From assembly GCA_041485445.1 (NCBI GenBank), contig JBGPJN010000001.1, positions 11,221 to 75,220 on the forward strand: a stretch of 64,000 nt of DNA, read 5' to 3'. The stretch comes from Dehalococcoidia bacterium (GTDB lineage: Bacteria; Chloroflexota; Dehalococcoidia; Lucifugimonadales; UBA3495). Made by a program: the position numbers and the translations under genes. Shown here one piece after another: positions 35,864-46,192 of the stretch (its first letter is position 1; every line of letters starts with the position of its first letter). The notes under the pieces were generated by a model. It did no database searches. It saw nothing but the letters and a program-made list of their open reading frames with translations, and had not been told where the DNA came from.

Positions 35864-37870
35864 GTGATAATGTTAAGTGCATCCAACATCAGCAAAGCCT
35901 ACACGGAGCGGACCCTGTTCAGTGGCCTCACCCTCAACGTGTTGGCCGGGGACCGCATCGCGCTGATCGGCTCCAATGGTTCTGGCAAGACCACCCTCCT
36001 GGACATCCTGGCAGGCGACGCCTCTCCAGACACGGGGAGCATAACAAGGCAGCGCAACGTCACCATCGGCTATCTCAAACAGGAGCTCACCCCATTTTCC
36101 GGCAAAACCCTGCTCCAAGAGGTCTTGGAGGCCTCTTCAGAGGTGACCGCGCTCAAGGAGAGGATCGCTGATACCCAGGAGTCTCTGGCGTCGGAGACCG
36201 GGCAGGCCAAGTCGGTTGCGCTGTGGCAGGAGCTCACTCATCTTGACACCGCACTGGAGGCGGCGGGCGGAGGCGACCGAGAGCACGAGGCCAAGGCCAT
36301 CCTCTTCGGACTGGGCTTCAAGCAGGACGGCTTTGTCCGGCCCCTCGGCGAGTTCAGCGGCGGTTGGCTGATGCGGGCTGCCCTGGCCAAGTTGCTTTTC
36401 AGAAATCCAGACCTTTTGCTCCTCGACGAGCCAACCAACCACTTGGACCTTGATGCAAACCTGTGGTTCGAGAATTTCTTGGCCTCGTTCCGGGGCGCGG
36501 TAGTCCTCACCTCTCACGACCGTGCCTTCCTGAACAAGGTGGCGACCAGGGTACTGGCCCTTGAGCGCGACGAGGTGGTGATCTTCACGGGCAATTATGA
36601 CGGCTACCTCATTGCCCGCGAGCGGTCCCTCCAGGTCAAGGAGGCGGCCGCGGCAAGGCAGGAGCGCGAGGTCCAGAGACAGATGCGCTTTGTGGAGCGC
36701 TTTCGCTACAATGCCCAGAAGGCCAGCCAGGTGCAGAGCCGCTTGAAGCAGCTTGCGAAGGTTCAGCCTATCCAGTTGCCCAGGGCGGTCAAGAGAGTAC
36801 ACTACTCATTCCCGGAGCCGCCACGCAGCGGCGTTGAGGTCATTCGGCTAGCCAACGTAAGCAAGTTCTATGGCGATCACGCCGTCTATCGCGGTCTGAA
36901 CCTAGTCCTAACGCGTGGCGATCGGGCTGCCCTGGTTGGGCACAACGGCGCCGGCAAAACCACCATGCTGAAGATTCTCGCGGGTGTCCTTCCCTTTGAG
37001 GAAGGCGAGCGAAAAACCGGTCACAACGTGGTGACAGCCTACTACGCGCAGCATGTGCTGGAGCTCCTCAACCCCGGCAACACCCTCATGGAGGAACTGC
37101 AACAGGCGGCGCCCGACGAGACGGATCAGAACTTGCGCCACACCCTCGGCGGCTTTCTGTTCAGCGGCGACGACATCCGAAAGCCCATATCTGTGTTGTC
37201 GGGTGGAGAGAAGGCGCGGGTGGCCCTGGCAAAGCTGCTGCTCCAGCCAAGCAACCTGCTGTTCATGGACGAGCCAACCAACCACCTTGACATCGTCTCA
37301 AGGGAGGTGCTCTCAGACGCCCTCAGCGACTATCGCGGCACCATCTGCTTCATAACCCACGACCGAACCCTGATACGACAGGTCGCCAACAAGATCATTG
37401 AGATCGAGAACGGTCAACCAAAGGCCTTCACCGGGGACTACGACAGTTACCTGTACCGCAAGCAGACCGAAACCGCGCAAGGCGCAACCACCTCCATTGC
37501 CGGCGGAGCAAACAATGACGCCTCGGGGCGCGGCGCTGCCAGCAACCGCCTCAACCGGAGACGTTCCGGACGACCTCTGGGCGCCGAAGAGGAGTTGCGC
37601 CGGGTCCTCCGCAGTGAGGCCCGCAAGCTGGTCATACGGATAGACGCGATTGAGGCCAAGCTGGCGGACCACGAGGCCCGGATTGCGGAGCTGGAGGCGA
37701 TGTTTTCCAGCCCGGACCAGTTCCAAGACCGGGCTCTGCTTGCCGCCGCTGGAGAGCAGCACCGGGAGCACAAGGAGGAGTCACAATCTCTCTGGGAGGA
37801 GTGGGAGCGGTTATCGCTGGAGGCGGAGAGTGTCGACAGCCGGCTCGCGGGACTCAATGCCGACCAATAG
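35864..37870 (+). CDS. ABC-F family ATPase
   Basis: There are two ABC cassettes (GSNGSGKTT and GHNGAGKTT; FSGGWLMR and LSGGEKAR), no TM domain and a long charged C-terminal extension. Confidence 0.9.
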   Translation: MIMLSASNISKAYTERTLFSGLTLNVLAGDRIALIGSNGSGKTTLLDILAGDASPDTGSITRQRNVTIGYLKQELTPFSGKTLLQEVLEASSEVTALKERIADTQESLASETGQAKSVALWQELTHLDTALEAAGGGDREHEAKAILFGLGFKQDGFVRPLGEFSGGWLMRAALAKLLFRNPDLLLLDEPTNHLDLDANLWFENFLASFRGAVVLTSHDRAFLNKVATRVLALERDEVVIFTGNYDGYLIARERSLQVKEAAAARQEREVQRQMRFVERFRYNAQKASQVQSRLKQLAKVQPIQLPRAVKRVHYSFPEPPRSGVEVIRLANVSKFYGDHAVYRGLNLVLTRGDRAALVGHNGAGKTTMLKILAGVLPFEEGERKTGHNVVTAYYAQHVLELLNPGNTLMEELQQAAPDETDQNLRHTLGGFLFSGDDIRKPISVLSGGEKARVALAKLLLQPSNLLFMDEPTNHLDIVSREVLSDALSDYRGTICFITHDRTLIRQVANKIIEIENGQPKAFTGDYDSYLYRKQTETAQGATTSIAGGANNDASGRGAASNRLNRRRSGRPLGAEEELRRVLRSEARKLVIRIDAIEAKLADHEARIAELEAMFSSPDQFQDRALLAAAGEQHREHKEESQSLWEEWERLSLEAESVDSRLAGLNADQ

Positions 37871-38184
37871 GGCAACCCTGGCTACGAGTGAGTTTCCGGA
37901 TGCCTGCGTAGGGTGACGAGACGAGGGGTGCAGGAGTCTTTTGCCACTGCCAAGAGTGCGAGTCATCAACGATTACCAGGAGCGGTTACCAAAAGCAAGG
38001 AACGAACATATCGTGGATGCCTTTCTACAGTACGTCTTCACACCCCCTTCATTTCTTCGCCAACTGGGGTCACAGTTCCTTTACGGCGACTGGCCATAGT
38101 AGACTCCGTAGTCATTACAGGCAGAAGAAAGTCGCATTTCAGCCCCGCTGGTCATTACTGGGGCTGGTGGCTGAGGTTGGCGCC

Positions 38185-39372
38185 GTGGCCTACACCAAAA
38201 TCAGGGATTGGCTGGAAGAGCAGATTGAGGAGATCAAGAGGAGTGGACTCTTCAAGGAGGAGCGGATCATCACGACGCCCCAGGGAGCGGAGATCCGGAC
38301 TTCTAGGGGGCCCACCATCAACTTCTGCGCCAACAACTATTTGGGGCTGGCCAGCGACCCGGAGGTGATCGCCTCGGTCTCCCAAGGGATGCAGACCCAC
38401 GGCTTCGGCATGGCATCGGTACGGTTCATCTGCGGCACCCAGGACATACATAAAGACCTGGAGCGCCGAGTGAGCGATTTCTTGGGGACCGACGATACCA
38501 TCCTCTACAGCTCCTGTTTTGATGCCAACACGGGGCTGTTTGAGACCCTGTTGGCCCAGGAGGACGCCGTAATCAGCGATGCCCTCAACCACGCCAGCAT
38601 CATCGACGGCGTCCGTCTGTGCCGGGCCCAGCGCAAGATCTTCCGCCACAACGACATGGCCGACCTGGAGGAAAAACTGAAGGAGACCCGGGAGGCCAGA
38701 TTCCGTATCGTCTCCACCGATGGCGTGTTCAGCATGCAGGGCGACATGGCGAACCTGAACGGCATCTGCGATCTGGCCGGCCGCTACGACGCGCTGGTAA
38801 TGGTGGATGACTCGCATGCCACCGGGTTCGTCGGGCCGGGTGGGAAGGGCACGCCGGCCCTCCTGGGGGTGGCCGACCGGGTGGACATCGTCACCAGCAC
38901 CCTGGGGAAGGCCCTGGGTGGGGCCTCCGGTGGGTTCACCAGCGGCAGGCGAGAGATCATTGACCTGTTGCGGCAACGCTCCCGGCCCTACCTATTTTCC
39001 AATACCCTGGCGCCTCCCATGGTGCTGGGGGCGCTGAAGGCGCTGGAGTTGGTCCAGCAACGCCCGGAGTTGCGCCAGAAGTTGTGGGACAATACCGCCT
39101 ACTTCAGAAGCAAGATGACCGAGTTGGGCTTTGACATCGTTCCTGGAAACCACCCCATAGTCCCTCTGATGCTGCGGGACGAAATGAAGACGGTCAAGAT
39201 GGCGGGGGAGTTGTACCAGCGTGGCATCTATGTAGTAGGTTTCAGCTTCCCGGTGGTGTCCCGAGGCGAGGCCCGCATCCGGGTCCAGGTGTCGGCAGCC
39301 CACTCCCGGCAACACCTGGACAGGGCGCTGATGGAGTTTGAAGCCGTTGGCAAGCAGCTGGGAGTGATCTAG
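38185..39372 (+). CDS. kbl: glycine C-acetyltransferase (2-amino-3-ketobutyrate CoA ligase)
   Basis: It shows alpha-oxoamine synthase motifs ([26 protein letters not shown]). I propose a GTG start at 38185 with a GAGG SD, which gives the typical 395 aa; the ORF track begins at 38017. Confidence 0.9.
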   Translation: MAYTKIRDWLEEQIEEIKRSGLFKEERIITTPQGAEIRTSRGPTINFCANNYLGLASDPEVIASVSQGMQTHGFGMASVRFICGTQDIHKDLERRVSDFLGTDDTILYSSCFDANTGLFETLLAQEDAVISDALNHASIIDGVRLCRAQRKIFRHNDMADLEEKLKETREARFRIVSTDGVFSMQGDMANLNGICDLAGRYDALVMVDDSHATGFVGPGGKGTPALLGVADRVDIVTSTLGKALGGASGGFTSGRREIIDLLRQRSRPYLFSNTLAPPMVLGALKALELVQQRPELRQKLWDNTAYFRSKMTELGFDIVPGNHPIVPLMLRDEMKTVKMAGELYQRGIYVVGFSFPVVSRGEARIRVQVSAAHSRQHLDRALMEFEAVGKQLGVI

Positions 39373-39373
39373 G

Positions 39374-40333
39374 ATGAAGCGCATCCTGGTCACCGGCGCC
39401 TCCGGCCAGATTGGCTCCGAGTTGGTGCCCGCCCTGCGGGACCGTTACGGCGCTGACAGCGTCGTCGCGGCGGGCCACGCCAGGCCGCTGACGACGGAGC
39501 TTACGGCCTCCGGCCCATGCACTAACGTGGACGTCACCTCCTTTGACGACGTAGTGCGCGCCATCAAGGGGTTCCAGATTGATGCAATTTACCACCTGAG
39601 CTCAATTCTGTCCGCCCTGGCGGAGCAGCAACGACGCCTGGCCTACCAGGTCAATATCAACGGCCTGTGCAACGTGTTGGAGGCGGCAAGCATGAACGGA
39701 GTGGAGCGGGTCATTATCCCCAGCTCCATCGCCGCCTTTGGGCCCAGTACCCCACGAGACAACACACCAAACGACACCCTCCAGCGGCCGAATACGATCT
39801 ACGGCATCTCCAAAGTGTTCGGTGAGCTTCTGGGTAACTACTACTACGAAAAGGTTGGGCTGGATGTCCGGGGCGTGCGGCTGCCCGGCATCATTAGCTG
39901 GAAGGTTGAGCCCACGGCGGGGACCACCGACTACGCGGTCGCGGCCTTCTACGGCGCCCTGCGGGAGCGGCGGTATACCTGTTACTTGAGGCCGGACACC
40001 TTTCTGCCCATGATGTACATGCCAGACGCCATCCGCGCGCTCCTGGAGGTGGCCGAGGCAGATATTTCAAGGCTGCAGCACCATGCCGACTTCAACGTCA
40101 GCGCCATGAGCTTTGCGCCTGAACACCTTGCCCGGTCCATCGCCAAGCACGTGCCCGGCTTCACCATAGCATACCAGGTGGACTCGCTGCGCCAGTCCAT
40201 CGCCGACTCTTGGCCCAACTCCCTTGACGACTCGGCGGCCCGAGCCGAATGGGGATGGCAGCCGCAGTACGACCTGGAAACCATGGTTGAGGACATGTTG
40301 CGGAACCTGGCCCGAAAACTCACTTTATCCTAA
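39374..40333 (+). CDS. tdh: L-threonine 3-dehydrogenase, SDR/epimerase-type
   Basis: It has the Rossmann motif VTGASGQIGSEL and the YGISK catalytic motif. It starts 1 nt after the kbl stop, forming a classical kbl-tdh pair. Confidence 0.8.
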   Translation: MKRILVTGASGQIGSELVPALRDRYGADSVVAAGHARPLTTELTASGPCTNVDVTSFDDVVRAIKGFQIDAIYHLSSILSALAEQQRRLAYQVNINGLCNVLEAASMNGVERVIIPSSIAAFGPSTPRDNTPNDTLQRPNTIYGISKVFGELLGNYYYEKVGLDVRGVRLPGIISWKVEPTAGTTDYAVAAFYGALRERRYTCYLRPDTFLPMMYMPDAIRALLEVAEADISRLQHHADFNVSAMSFAPEHLARSIAKHVPGFTIAYQVDSLRQSIADSWPNSLDDSAARAEWGWQPQYDLETMVEDMLRNLARKLTLS

Positions 40334-40505
40334 TTAACGCCAAAAGGGGATGGCCGCCGGTTATAAGCTTTTTGCGCCTCGTAAGACTTTCGCGGCTCCT
40401 AGCAAAACCGGGAGCTCCTTCTTTGTCTCCACCCCCAATTGTTCCAGCAGGGCCTTGAGGTCGGATTTTACAAACTCGGCATAGTAATGATGGCCGTGAA
40501 AGAGG

Positions 40506-41036
40506 CTAAACACTCCATATAATCAGACTATAGACCAGAAGTCTATGAACTCTGTTCCGGGGCAGAGCAAAGTCCACAATCAACACCGTCCCTCCCCGCC
40601 TGGTAACCCTTACCATCTCCTTCAACGCCTTTTCTCTTATGGTTAAAGGCATGGTATGTATCACAAAGGAGGTGCAGGCAACGTCAAAACCAGCATCCGG
40701 AAACGGCAGGTTGGTGGCATCTGCCACGCTGAAGGTCGCGTTCTTATATGTGTTCTTCCTGCTGGCCACCCTGAGCATGGCGTCGGAGAGATCCACGCCC
40801 ACCACCTCATACCCCAGTTTCGCAAAGGCAAAGGCTTGTTTGCCCGTGCCCGTGCCAACGTCCAGTATTCTTGACCCGGGTTTGACGTCGGCGAACCTCA
40901 CCACCCGGTCCCGCAACCCGGACATGGGGGTAACAAAGATGTCATAGACCGGGGCCAACGTGCCAAACGCCCGTTTTACCAGCGAGTAATACCTTTTTTC
41001 TTCGTCAGCAACCCGGTGGCCCTGATCAGGCCGCAT
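40506..41036 (-). CDS. class I SAM-dependent methyltransferase (probably frameshifted near its 3' end)
   Basis: It has the ILDVGTGTGK motif. After the stop at 40506, a different frame continues YGVFSLFHGHHYYAEFVKSDLKALLEQLGVE... to 40361, which looks like the missing C-terminus. Confidence 0.7.
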   Translation of the reverse strand: MRPDQGHRVADEEKRYYSLVKRAFGTLAPVYDIFVTPMSGLRDRVVRFADVKPGSRILDVGTGTGKQAFAFAKLGYEVVGVDLSDAMLRVASRKNTYKNATFSVADATNLPFPDAGFDVACTSFVIHTMPLTIREKALKEMVRVTRRGGTVLIVDFALPRNRVHRLLVYSLIIWSV

Positions 41037-41102
41037 GTGTGTTCACCGGTCCGTCGTAGAATCGCGTGAGAGGGTCCAGGACTTGAACGGCTCTGCCTGG
41101 GC

Positions 41103-41528
41103 CTATGTTGGAGGCTGCGGAGCAGACGGTTGACCGCTCTGGGATGCAGTCTCTCCTTCGACGTTGTATCCGATGCGCCGCTGGTGGGGGTGTTGCAGGG
41201 CAACCGACACCAGGACCACCAGCTCGTAGGGCAGGAACGCCACGTCCATGTCGGCGCAGGTTACCGTGTCTCGGAAGTATTGGACGGCGAACCACCGCTC
41301 GGTCAGATGCATGATGTGGCACAGGTCCAGCACCCTCCCGTTGGCCAGATGCAGGTTCACCACTGGGACCGCGCCGGGATTTCCCTGGCACTGGGCCACC
41401 ACCCGGTCCGGCAGCACGCTGGTGTAGAAATGTGCGTCAAAGGGCGCCGCAGTGGCCTGGCGCCAGGGCCGGCCCGCCGGGGCCAGCAAGGTTTCCGGGA
41501 CACCAGGGTTTTCTTCTCCCGTGACCAT
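41103..41528 (-). CDS. hypothetical protein
   Basis: This ORF sits on the same strand at the distal end of the metal-related array. I recognise no motif. Confidence 0.4.
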   Translation of the reverse strand: MVTGEENPGVPETLLAPAGRPWRQATAAPFDAHFYTSVLPDRVVAQCQGNPGAVPVVNLHLANGRVLDLCHIMHLTERWFAVQYFRDTVTCADMDVAFLPYELVVLVSVALQHPHQRRIGYNVEGETASQSGQPSAPQPPT

Positions 41529-41624
41529 GACTTACCGTCCCTCCCTGCAGTAATGGCTCAATTCCCACCAAGTCCCTGAGATCGCTTCAGAAGCGGCCAT
41601 AGCCAACCAGCCTGGCGGTAGCCC

Positions 41625-42182
41625 CTAGTCCCAACGCAACACCCTTTCTTTGACCCCAGCCACGTCGTACAGGACCAGCTCCAGGGGCTCGGGACTCTGA
41701 GTATATGCTGGCTTGATCCCGGTGTCCCTGCTGGAGAACAGGAGAAGCCCCGACCGGTGGTGGGAGTCCTCCTTGAGGCCCTGCCAGGCGATGGGCTTGA
41801 ACTCTCGACCGTTACTGTCCCGGAAGGCGGCGAGCTTGGCGACGTCCAGGGCCATGAGGTCCCCGGCGTGGGTATCCAGTTGCACGACAAAGCCCCAGTA
41901 GTCTGACGGATATCCCCTGGCCGTCAGGTCGGAAGCCTCAGCGGGAGTCGCCACAAAGGTGACGCCTCCCTGGCCACCGTCGGTCCTGGTCAACCCCTGG
42001 CGGGCCGATGGCTCGCCGGGGGCAACCCCACTCTCTCCGTTGGAGGGCGCGGGCTGCGACCCGCACGCCATCACACCCACAACGAACAGACTGGCTAGGG
42101 ACAGCATGATGAACGCCCGCCCGCTTCCCCTCCCCCTTCCCAGGGGCCGCGGCATGATGCTGCTGGCAACGACTGCCATCAC
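41625..42182 (-). CDS. putative lipoprotein of unknown function
   Basis: It has a signal peptide with the lipobox VMACGS and a mature domain with an HH pair (EDSHHRSG). Its start overlaps the stop of the upstream membrane protein by 4 nt. Confidence 0.5.
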   Translation of the reverse strand: MMAVVASSIMPRPLGRGRGSGRAFIMLSLASLFVVGVMACGSQPAPSNGESGVAPGEPSARQGLTRTDGGQGGVTFVATPAEASDLTARGYPSDYWGFVVQLDTHAGDLMALDVAKLAAFRDSNGREFKPIAWQGLKEDSHHRSGLLLFSSRDTGIKPAYTQSPEPLELVLYDVAGVKERVLRWD

Positions 42183-42727
42183 CCTCCTCCAGTCGCAGTT
42201 TGTGCTTTCATGGCCCGCAGGTGAGCCCGGCCCTGGAGCACGACCCTCACCATGATGGCCACGCCGACGGCGTTAACCACCAGGCCCACCACCATGAAGG
42301 GAACGCGGTACTGGTTGAGGAAGATGGCCGCGCCGGACAGGCCAAGCACCGGCAGCACGTCGGTGACGTGATGCAGGCAGCAGGCCACCATGGCCACCGA
42401 GGATGTGCCGGTGCCCGCGCCGGTGGCCGCGGTGGGCGCCGCCAGCCGGACTCCGTGGTGGACCACCAGGCGCAGGTAGCTGTAGAGGCCCATCTGCACA
42501 CCGAAACCTCCGGCAATGGCCGACACCAGGGCCCGGTCCTGGCCCAGCAGCTCCACAGCGTGGGTCCACCCCTGGCCCCAGGTGACAATCCCCAGGTAAA
42601 GCAGCACCAGGAACCCCGCTGCCGCCAGCCCCAGAATGAAGGGCAATAATCGCCGCACCAGGCTAATTTGTGCCGTGGTCTGGGGCGTACCTTGGTCTGG
42701 CAGGTGGCACGCTGCCTCGCTGGACAT
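42179..42727 (-). CDS. membrane protein with an intramembrane vicinal-Cys motif (VACCLHHVTDVLPVLGLSG)
   Basis: I chose the start at MSSEAA, which has a GGAGG SD; the ORF track extends to 42847, overlapping ubiB. There are about 5 TM helices. The CC motif in a helix followed by P..LG..GLS resembles the MerF/MerT metal-transfer helix. Confidence 0.5.
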   Translation of the reverse strand: MSSEAACHLPDQGTPQTTAQISLVRRLLPFILGLAAAGFLVLLYLGIVTWGQGWTHAVELLGQDRALVSAIAGGFGVQMGLYSYLRLVVHHGVRLAAPTAATGAGTGTSSVAMVACCLHHVTDVLPVLGLSGAAIFLNQYRVPFMVVGLVVNAVGVAIMVRVVLQGRAHLRAMKAQTATGGG

Positions 42728-42776
42728 GGGAGCCTCCTTCAACAGTGATTGCCCAGGGCAGTCTACCCTGGGGAGT

Positions 42777-44459
42777 TTACTTGGCCCTCCAGATGCTCCA
42801 GGCCAGATACCCGCCCAGCACCGATGCCGCCACCATCCCCGCGCCAAACATCACTGCAAGCCACCCCTCGTTCCCGCCAGGATGGTAGACCGACATCAAC
42901 ACCGCCAGGCCGTTAATCAATGCGGCTGCGATGATCCCCAGGACGATGCGATTGACCAGCTTTTCCAGCCGCCCCATGTAGGGTTCAAGACCTGCTGGCT
43001 GAACGCGCACCGAGATATCCCCTCGCTCCAGGGCCCTCACGATGCGTCTGGCTCGCTTGGGGAGCTCCACCCCTAACCACGCCAGGTCCGGGGCAGCCCG
43101 GCCCAACTGCTGGCCCCACCGCCACGGCGAGTACTGCCGGACCATAACCCGTTTAGCGTAAGGCTCCAGCACGGTGGCCAGGTTGAACGCCGGGTCAAGG
43201 CGTTCCCCGATGCTCTCGCTCATGATCAAAGTCTTGATCAGAAGAAACAGATTGGAAGGAAGACGCATGTGATGGCGTTGCATCACCGACATGGCGTCGG
43301 TGAGCAATGGGCCAAGGTGCAGCTCGGCCAGCGGCCGTCCGTAGTAGCGGGACATCAGGTGCTTGACGTCTCTCACCAGCAGCGACCGGTCCACGCCTCC
43401 CCGGGTAACACCCATGTCGAAAAACGCGTCCACCAGGCGCTCCACGTCCCCCCCGGTAATGGATAGGAGCACTTCAACCAGTTGCCCCTGGGTCAACTCG
43501 TCTACCGTGCCCACCATGCCAAAGTCGATAAGGCCGATGCGCCCATCAGCCTCGATGAAAATGTTTCCTGGGTGCGGGTCGGCATGGAAAAAGCCGTTCT
43601 CAAAGACCGTCTTCAGCAAAATCTCCGCCGCACGCCCGGCCAAAGCCTCCCGGTTGATGCCAGCGGCCTCCAGGGCCTCCACATCACTGACCTTAATGCC
43701 GCGGATCCGCTCCAGAGTGATGACACGGGAGGTCGTTGCCTCCAAGAAAATGCGCGGGATGTGAACGTCGGGGTCGTTTTTGAAGATCTGGCCGAACCGT
43801 TCGGCGTTCCGGCCCTCTTGCAGGTAGTCCAGCTCCGCCTGCAGGGTCTCGGAGAACTCGTCCACCAGGCCCGCCAGGTCGTACTGCTCTGCCGGCTTCC
43901 AGCGGCGGCTGGCTGCCGCCGCCAGGTTATGCAGAATGCCCAGGTCCTCCTGGACCTGTTCCACCACCCCTGGCTTGCGCACCTTGACCACCGCTTCCGT
44001 GCCGTCCAAGAGCGTGGCGGCATGGGCCTGACCGATTGACGCGGTGGCCATGGGCTGGGGGTCAAAGCTGGCGAAGACGGACTCGGGGGGCTGGCCCAGC
44101 TCCTGAGCTATGACCTCCCTGATGGCCGGGTAGGGGACGGGCGGGGCGCTGTCCTGCAGTTTGGCCAGCTCCGTCAGGTACTCCGGCGGCAGCAGGTCAG
44201 CCCGGGTGGAAAGGACCTGGCCCAGCTTGATGAAGGTGGTGCCCAGCTCCTCCACCGCCATGCGGATGTGTTCTGGTTGAGTGTAGGGCGTGGTCCGCCG
44301 CGGATGCCCCAGCAGGCCCCGGTGGAAGGGCACGAACCGCTCCAGGCCGACAGTGCCCACCAGGTATCCCAGGCCGTGGCGGCTGAGCACGCCGGCAATC
44401 TGCCGATACCGCCGCAGATGGTTAACCCCGGCCCCTTTTTTCAAGGCTCTGCCATTCAC
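42777..44459 (-). CDS. ubiB: ABC1/UbiB atypical kinase family protein
   Basis: It has ASIGQAHAA..L.DG..VVVKV.KPG, HADPHPGN and IDFGMVG motifs, and C-terminal TM helices. Confidence 0.9.
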   Translation of the reverse strand: MNGRALKKGAGVNHLRRYRQIAGVLSRHGLGYLVGTVGLERFVPFHRGLLGHPRRTTPYTQPEHIRMAVEELGTTFIKLGQVLSTRADLLPPEYLTELAKLQDSAPPVPYPAIREVIAQELGQPPESVFASFDPQPMATASIGQAHAATLLDGTEAVVKVRKPGVVEQVQEDLGILHNLAAAASRRWKPAEQYDLAGLVDEFSETLQAELDYLQEGRNAERFGQIFKNDPDVHIPRIFLEATTSRVITLERIRGIKVSDVEALEAAGINREALAGRAAEILLKTVFENGFFHADPHPGNIFIEADGRIGLIDFGMVGTVDELTQGQLVEVLLSITGGDVERLVDAFFDMGVTRGGVDRSLLVRDVKHLMSRYYGRPLAELHLGPLLTDAMSVMQRHHMRLPSNLFLLIKTLIMSESIGERLDPAFNLATVLEPYAKRVMVRQYSPWRWGQQLGRAAPDLAWLGVELPKRARRIVRALERGDISVRVQPAGLEPYMGRLEKLVNRIVLGIIAAALINGLAVLMSVYHPGGNEGWLAVMFGAGMVAASVLGGYLAWSIWRAK

Positions 44460-44468
44460 GGCTGCATC

Positions 44469-45506
44469 CTAGTGGCCCATGCCCGGCATGGAAGGACCCC
44501 TGACTGGAGCCGGCGCCGGTGCGTTGCCGCCGGCATAGCCCTGGTAGCCGTCAAACTTGATGACCTGCATGAGTCCGCCCGGCTCTACACCGCCGTTCTC
44601 GGTATGGTGCAGCTCATGGCAGTGGAACATCCAGTTGCCCGGATTATCGGCGATGAAAGCGATGTCGTAGGTCTCCCCCGGATCAACGCTGAGGGTGTTC
44701 ATCCACTGCTGGTTGCCCGCCGCCACCGGCTCCCCGTCTTTGGCCACCACCTTGAAATCCATCCCGTGCAGGTGCATGGGGTGGGCCAGGTTGCTGATGT
44801 TCACCAGCCGCACCCGCACCTTGTCGCCCTGCTTAACGCTCCAGGGCTCGGTGGCAGGATAGGACTTGCCGTTGATGGTGAAGAAGTTGTAGCCCATGTT
44901 CATGCCGCCCATCGCCATGCCAGGCCCAGCCCCCACGATCCAGGCGCCCAGGACCATGGAGAACTCCTTGTCAAAGGTCGGTGTCCCCACCTTCTGGGGC
45001 TCTATGACCACCAGGCCGTACAGTCCGTTGTCGATCTGCTCCACACTGTTGATGTGGGGATGGTACATGAAGGTGCCGGCGTGGGAGGCTTTGAACTCGT
45101 AGGTGAAGGTCTCTTGGGGCCGGATGGGCGCCTGGGTCAGACCTGGCACCCCGTCCATGGGGTTGGGCACGTGGACGCCGTGCCAGTGGATGCTGGTGTC
45201 CTGGTCCAACTCATTCTTCACCACTACACGCAGAGTATCGCCCTCGATGACCCGGATGGTGGGGCCGGGCACGGTGCCGTTGTAGGTGATGGCCGGAATG
45301 GTGACGCCCGGCACCAGCTCCCAAGGCGCCCGTTGCACCACCAGGTCGTAGGACTTGGTGGCGCCGGTGGGGTTGGGGTTGCCGCTGTAGCCCAGGGAGA
45401 CGGGTAACGGGTAAGGGATGGCAGGATCGGAAGCACTGGGGTTGCTGCATGCCACCATGGCGCCCGCCAGCAGAGCAATAAGAATGGGGACACTGAGTTT
45501 CCGCAT
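44469..45506 (-). CDS. two-domain multicopper oxidase lipoprotein (SLAC-like size)
   Basis: The start at MRKLSV has a GGAGGA SD and the lipobox MVACS. The four MCO motifs HWHG, YHPH, HPMHLHG and HCHELHH fall within only 345 aa. The tail is Met/His-rich (SMPGMGH). The ORF track extends to 45725. Confidence 0.85.
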   Translation of the reverse strand: MRKLSVPILIALLAGAMVACSNPSASDPAIPYPLPVSLGYSGNPNPTGATKSYDLVVQRAPWELVPGVTIPAITYNGTVPGPTIRVIEGDTLRVVVKNELDQDTSIHWHGVHVPNPMDGVPGLTQAPIRPQETFTYEFKASHAGTFMYHPHINSVEQIDNGLYGLVVIEPQKVGTPTFDKEFSMVLGAWIVGAGPGMAMGGMNMGYNFFTINGKSYPATEPWSVKQGDKVRVRLVNISNLAHPMHLHGMDFKVVAKDGEPVAAGNQQWMNTLSVDPGETYDIAFIADNPGNWMFHCHELHHTENGGVEPGGLMQVIKFDGYQGYAGGNAPAPAPVRGPSMPGMGH

Positions 45507-45664
45507 GGTCGTCGTCCTCCTGTATAGTCCACGCCCGCCATTTCCTGGCCGGCGACAATCTCCCAGAAACCGGGAGCGTCTTGTTGCCTGGGCATGCCTT
45601 CCAATCCGCATCCCGCTGGTTCCGCCCATCATGCCCGCCGTTGCAGTTGCCCGAGTTCGACTGG

Positions 45665-46192
45665 TCAGGGCCGTGTCTTCAGATACTCCGCCAATTCTGC
45701 CAGGTCTTCGTCGCTGAGCCTCCATCGGGGCATGTTTGCGCTGAGCGGCGTGCCGCCGGGATGCTTTCCTTCCACGACGGCGAGGCGGAAGGTTTCAAGG
45801 TTGTATGCCGCGCTTCCGTGCACCGCTTCACTCTCACCGCCGTGTTCACCCTCCATCTCACCAGCCAGCACTACCCAACGAATGTCGGGTGCATACATCG
45901 TTTGCATTCCCATCATGGTATGTACGCCGCCACGACCATCGGGGCCATGACAGGAAGCACAGGTCAGGTAGCCACGCATCATCATCATGCCCGAGGACGG
46001 CCCGCCCGTGTAAGTAATGTTGGGGCCCTTTTCGCTTGTGGCGGTGAAGTAAATGCGTTCGCCGCTGGAATCAAATGCTCCCACACCCCACGCAGTGCCG
46101 CCCTGCGGCAGCTGTGGCGCACAGGCCAAGAGCGATACCGTGGCCAGCACGCCGAGCAGCCAAACCGGGATGAAGTTGCCTTGGCGGTTCAC
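45665..46192 (-). CDS. monoheme c-type cytochrome (lipoprotein-like signal)
   Basis: It has the CASCHGPDG heme motif and the signal LLGVLATVSLLACA. I propose a GTG start with an AAGGAG SD, forming a GTGA overlap with the SRPBCC stop. The ORF track extends to 46351. Confidence 0.7.
   Translation of the reverse strand: MNRQGNFIPVWLLGVLATVSLLACAPQLPQGGTAWGVGAFDSSGERIYFTATSEKGPNITYTGGPSSGMMMMRGYLTCASCHGPDGRGGVHTMMGMQTMYAPDIRWVVLAGEMEGEHGGESEAVHGSAAYNLETFRLAVVEGKHPGGTPLSANMPRWRLSDEDLAELAEYLKTRP

Noticed and set aside
37871-38184. The 314-bp leader upstream of kbl-tdh was checked for a glycine or other riboswitch.
   Set aside because: I saw no glycine-aptamer core (GGAGAG...CACCG) or other recognisable aptamer motif. 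The long ORF-track extension of kbl into this region lacks homology-like sequence.
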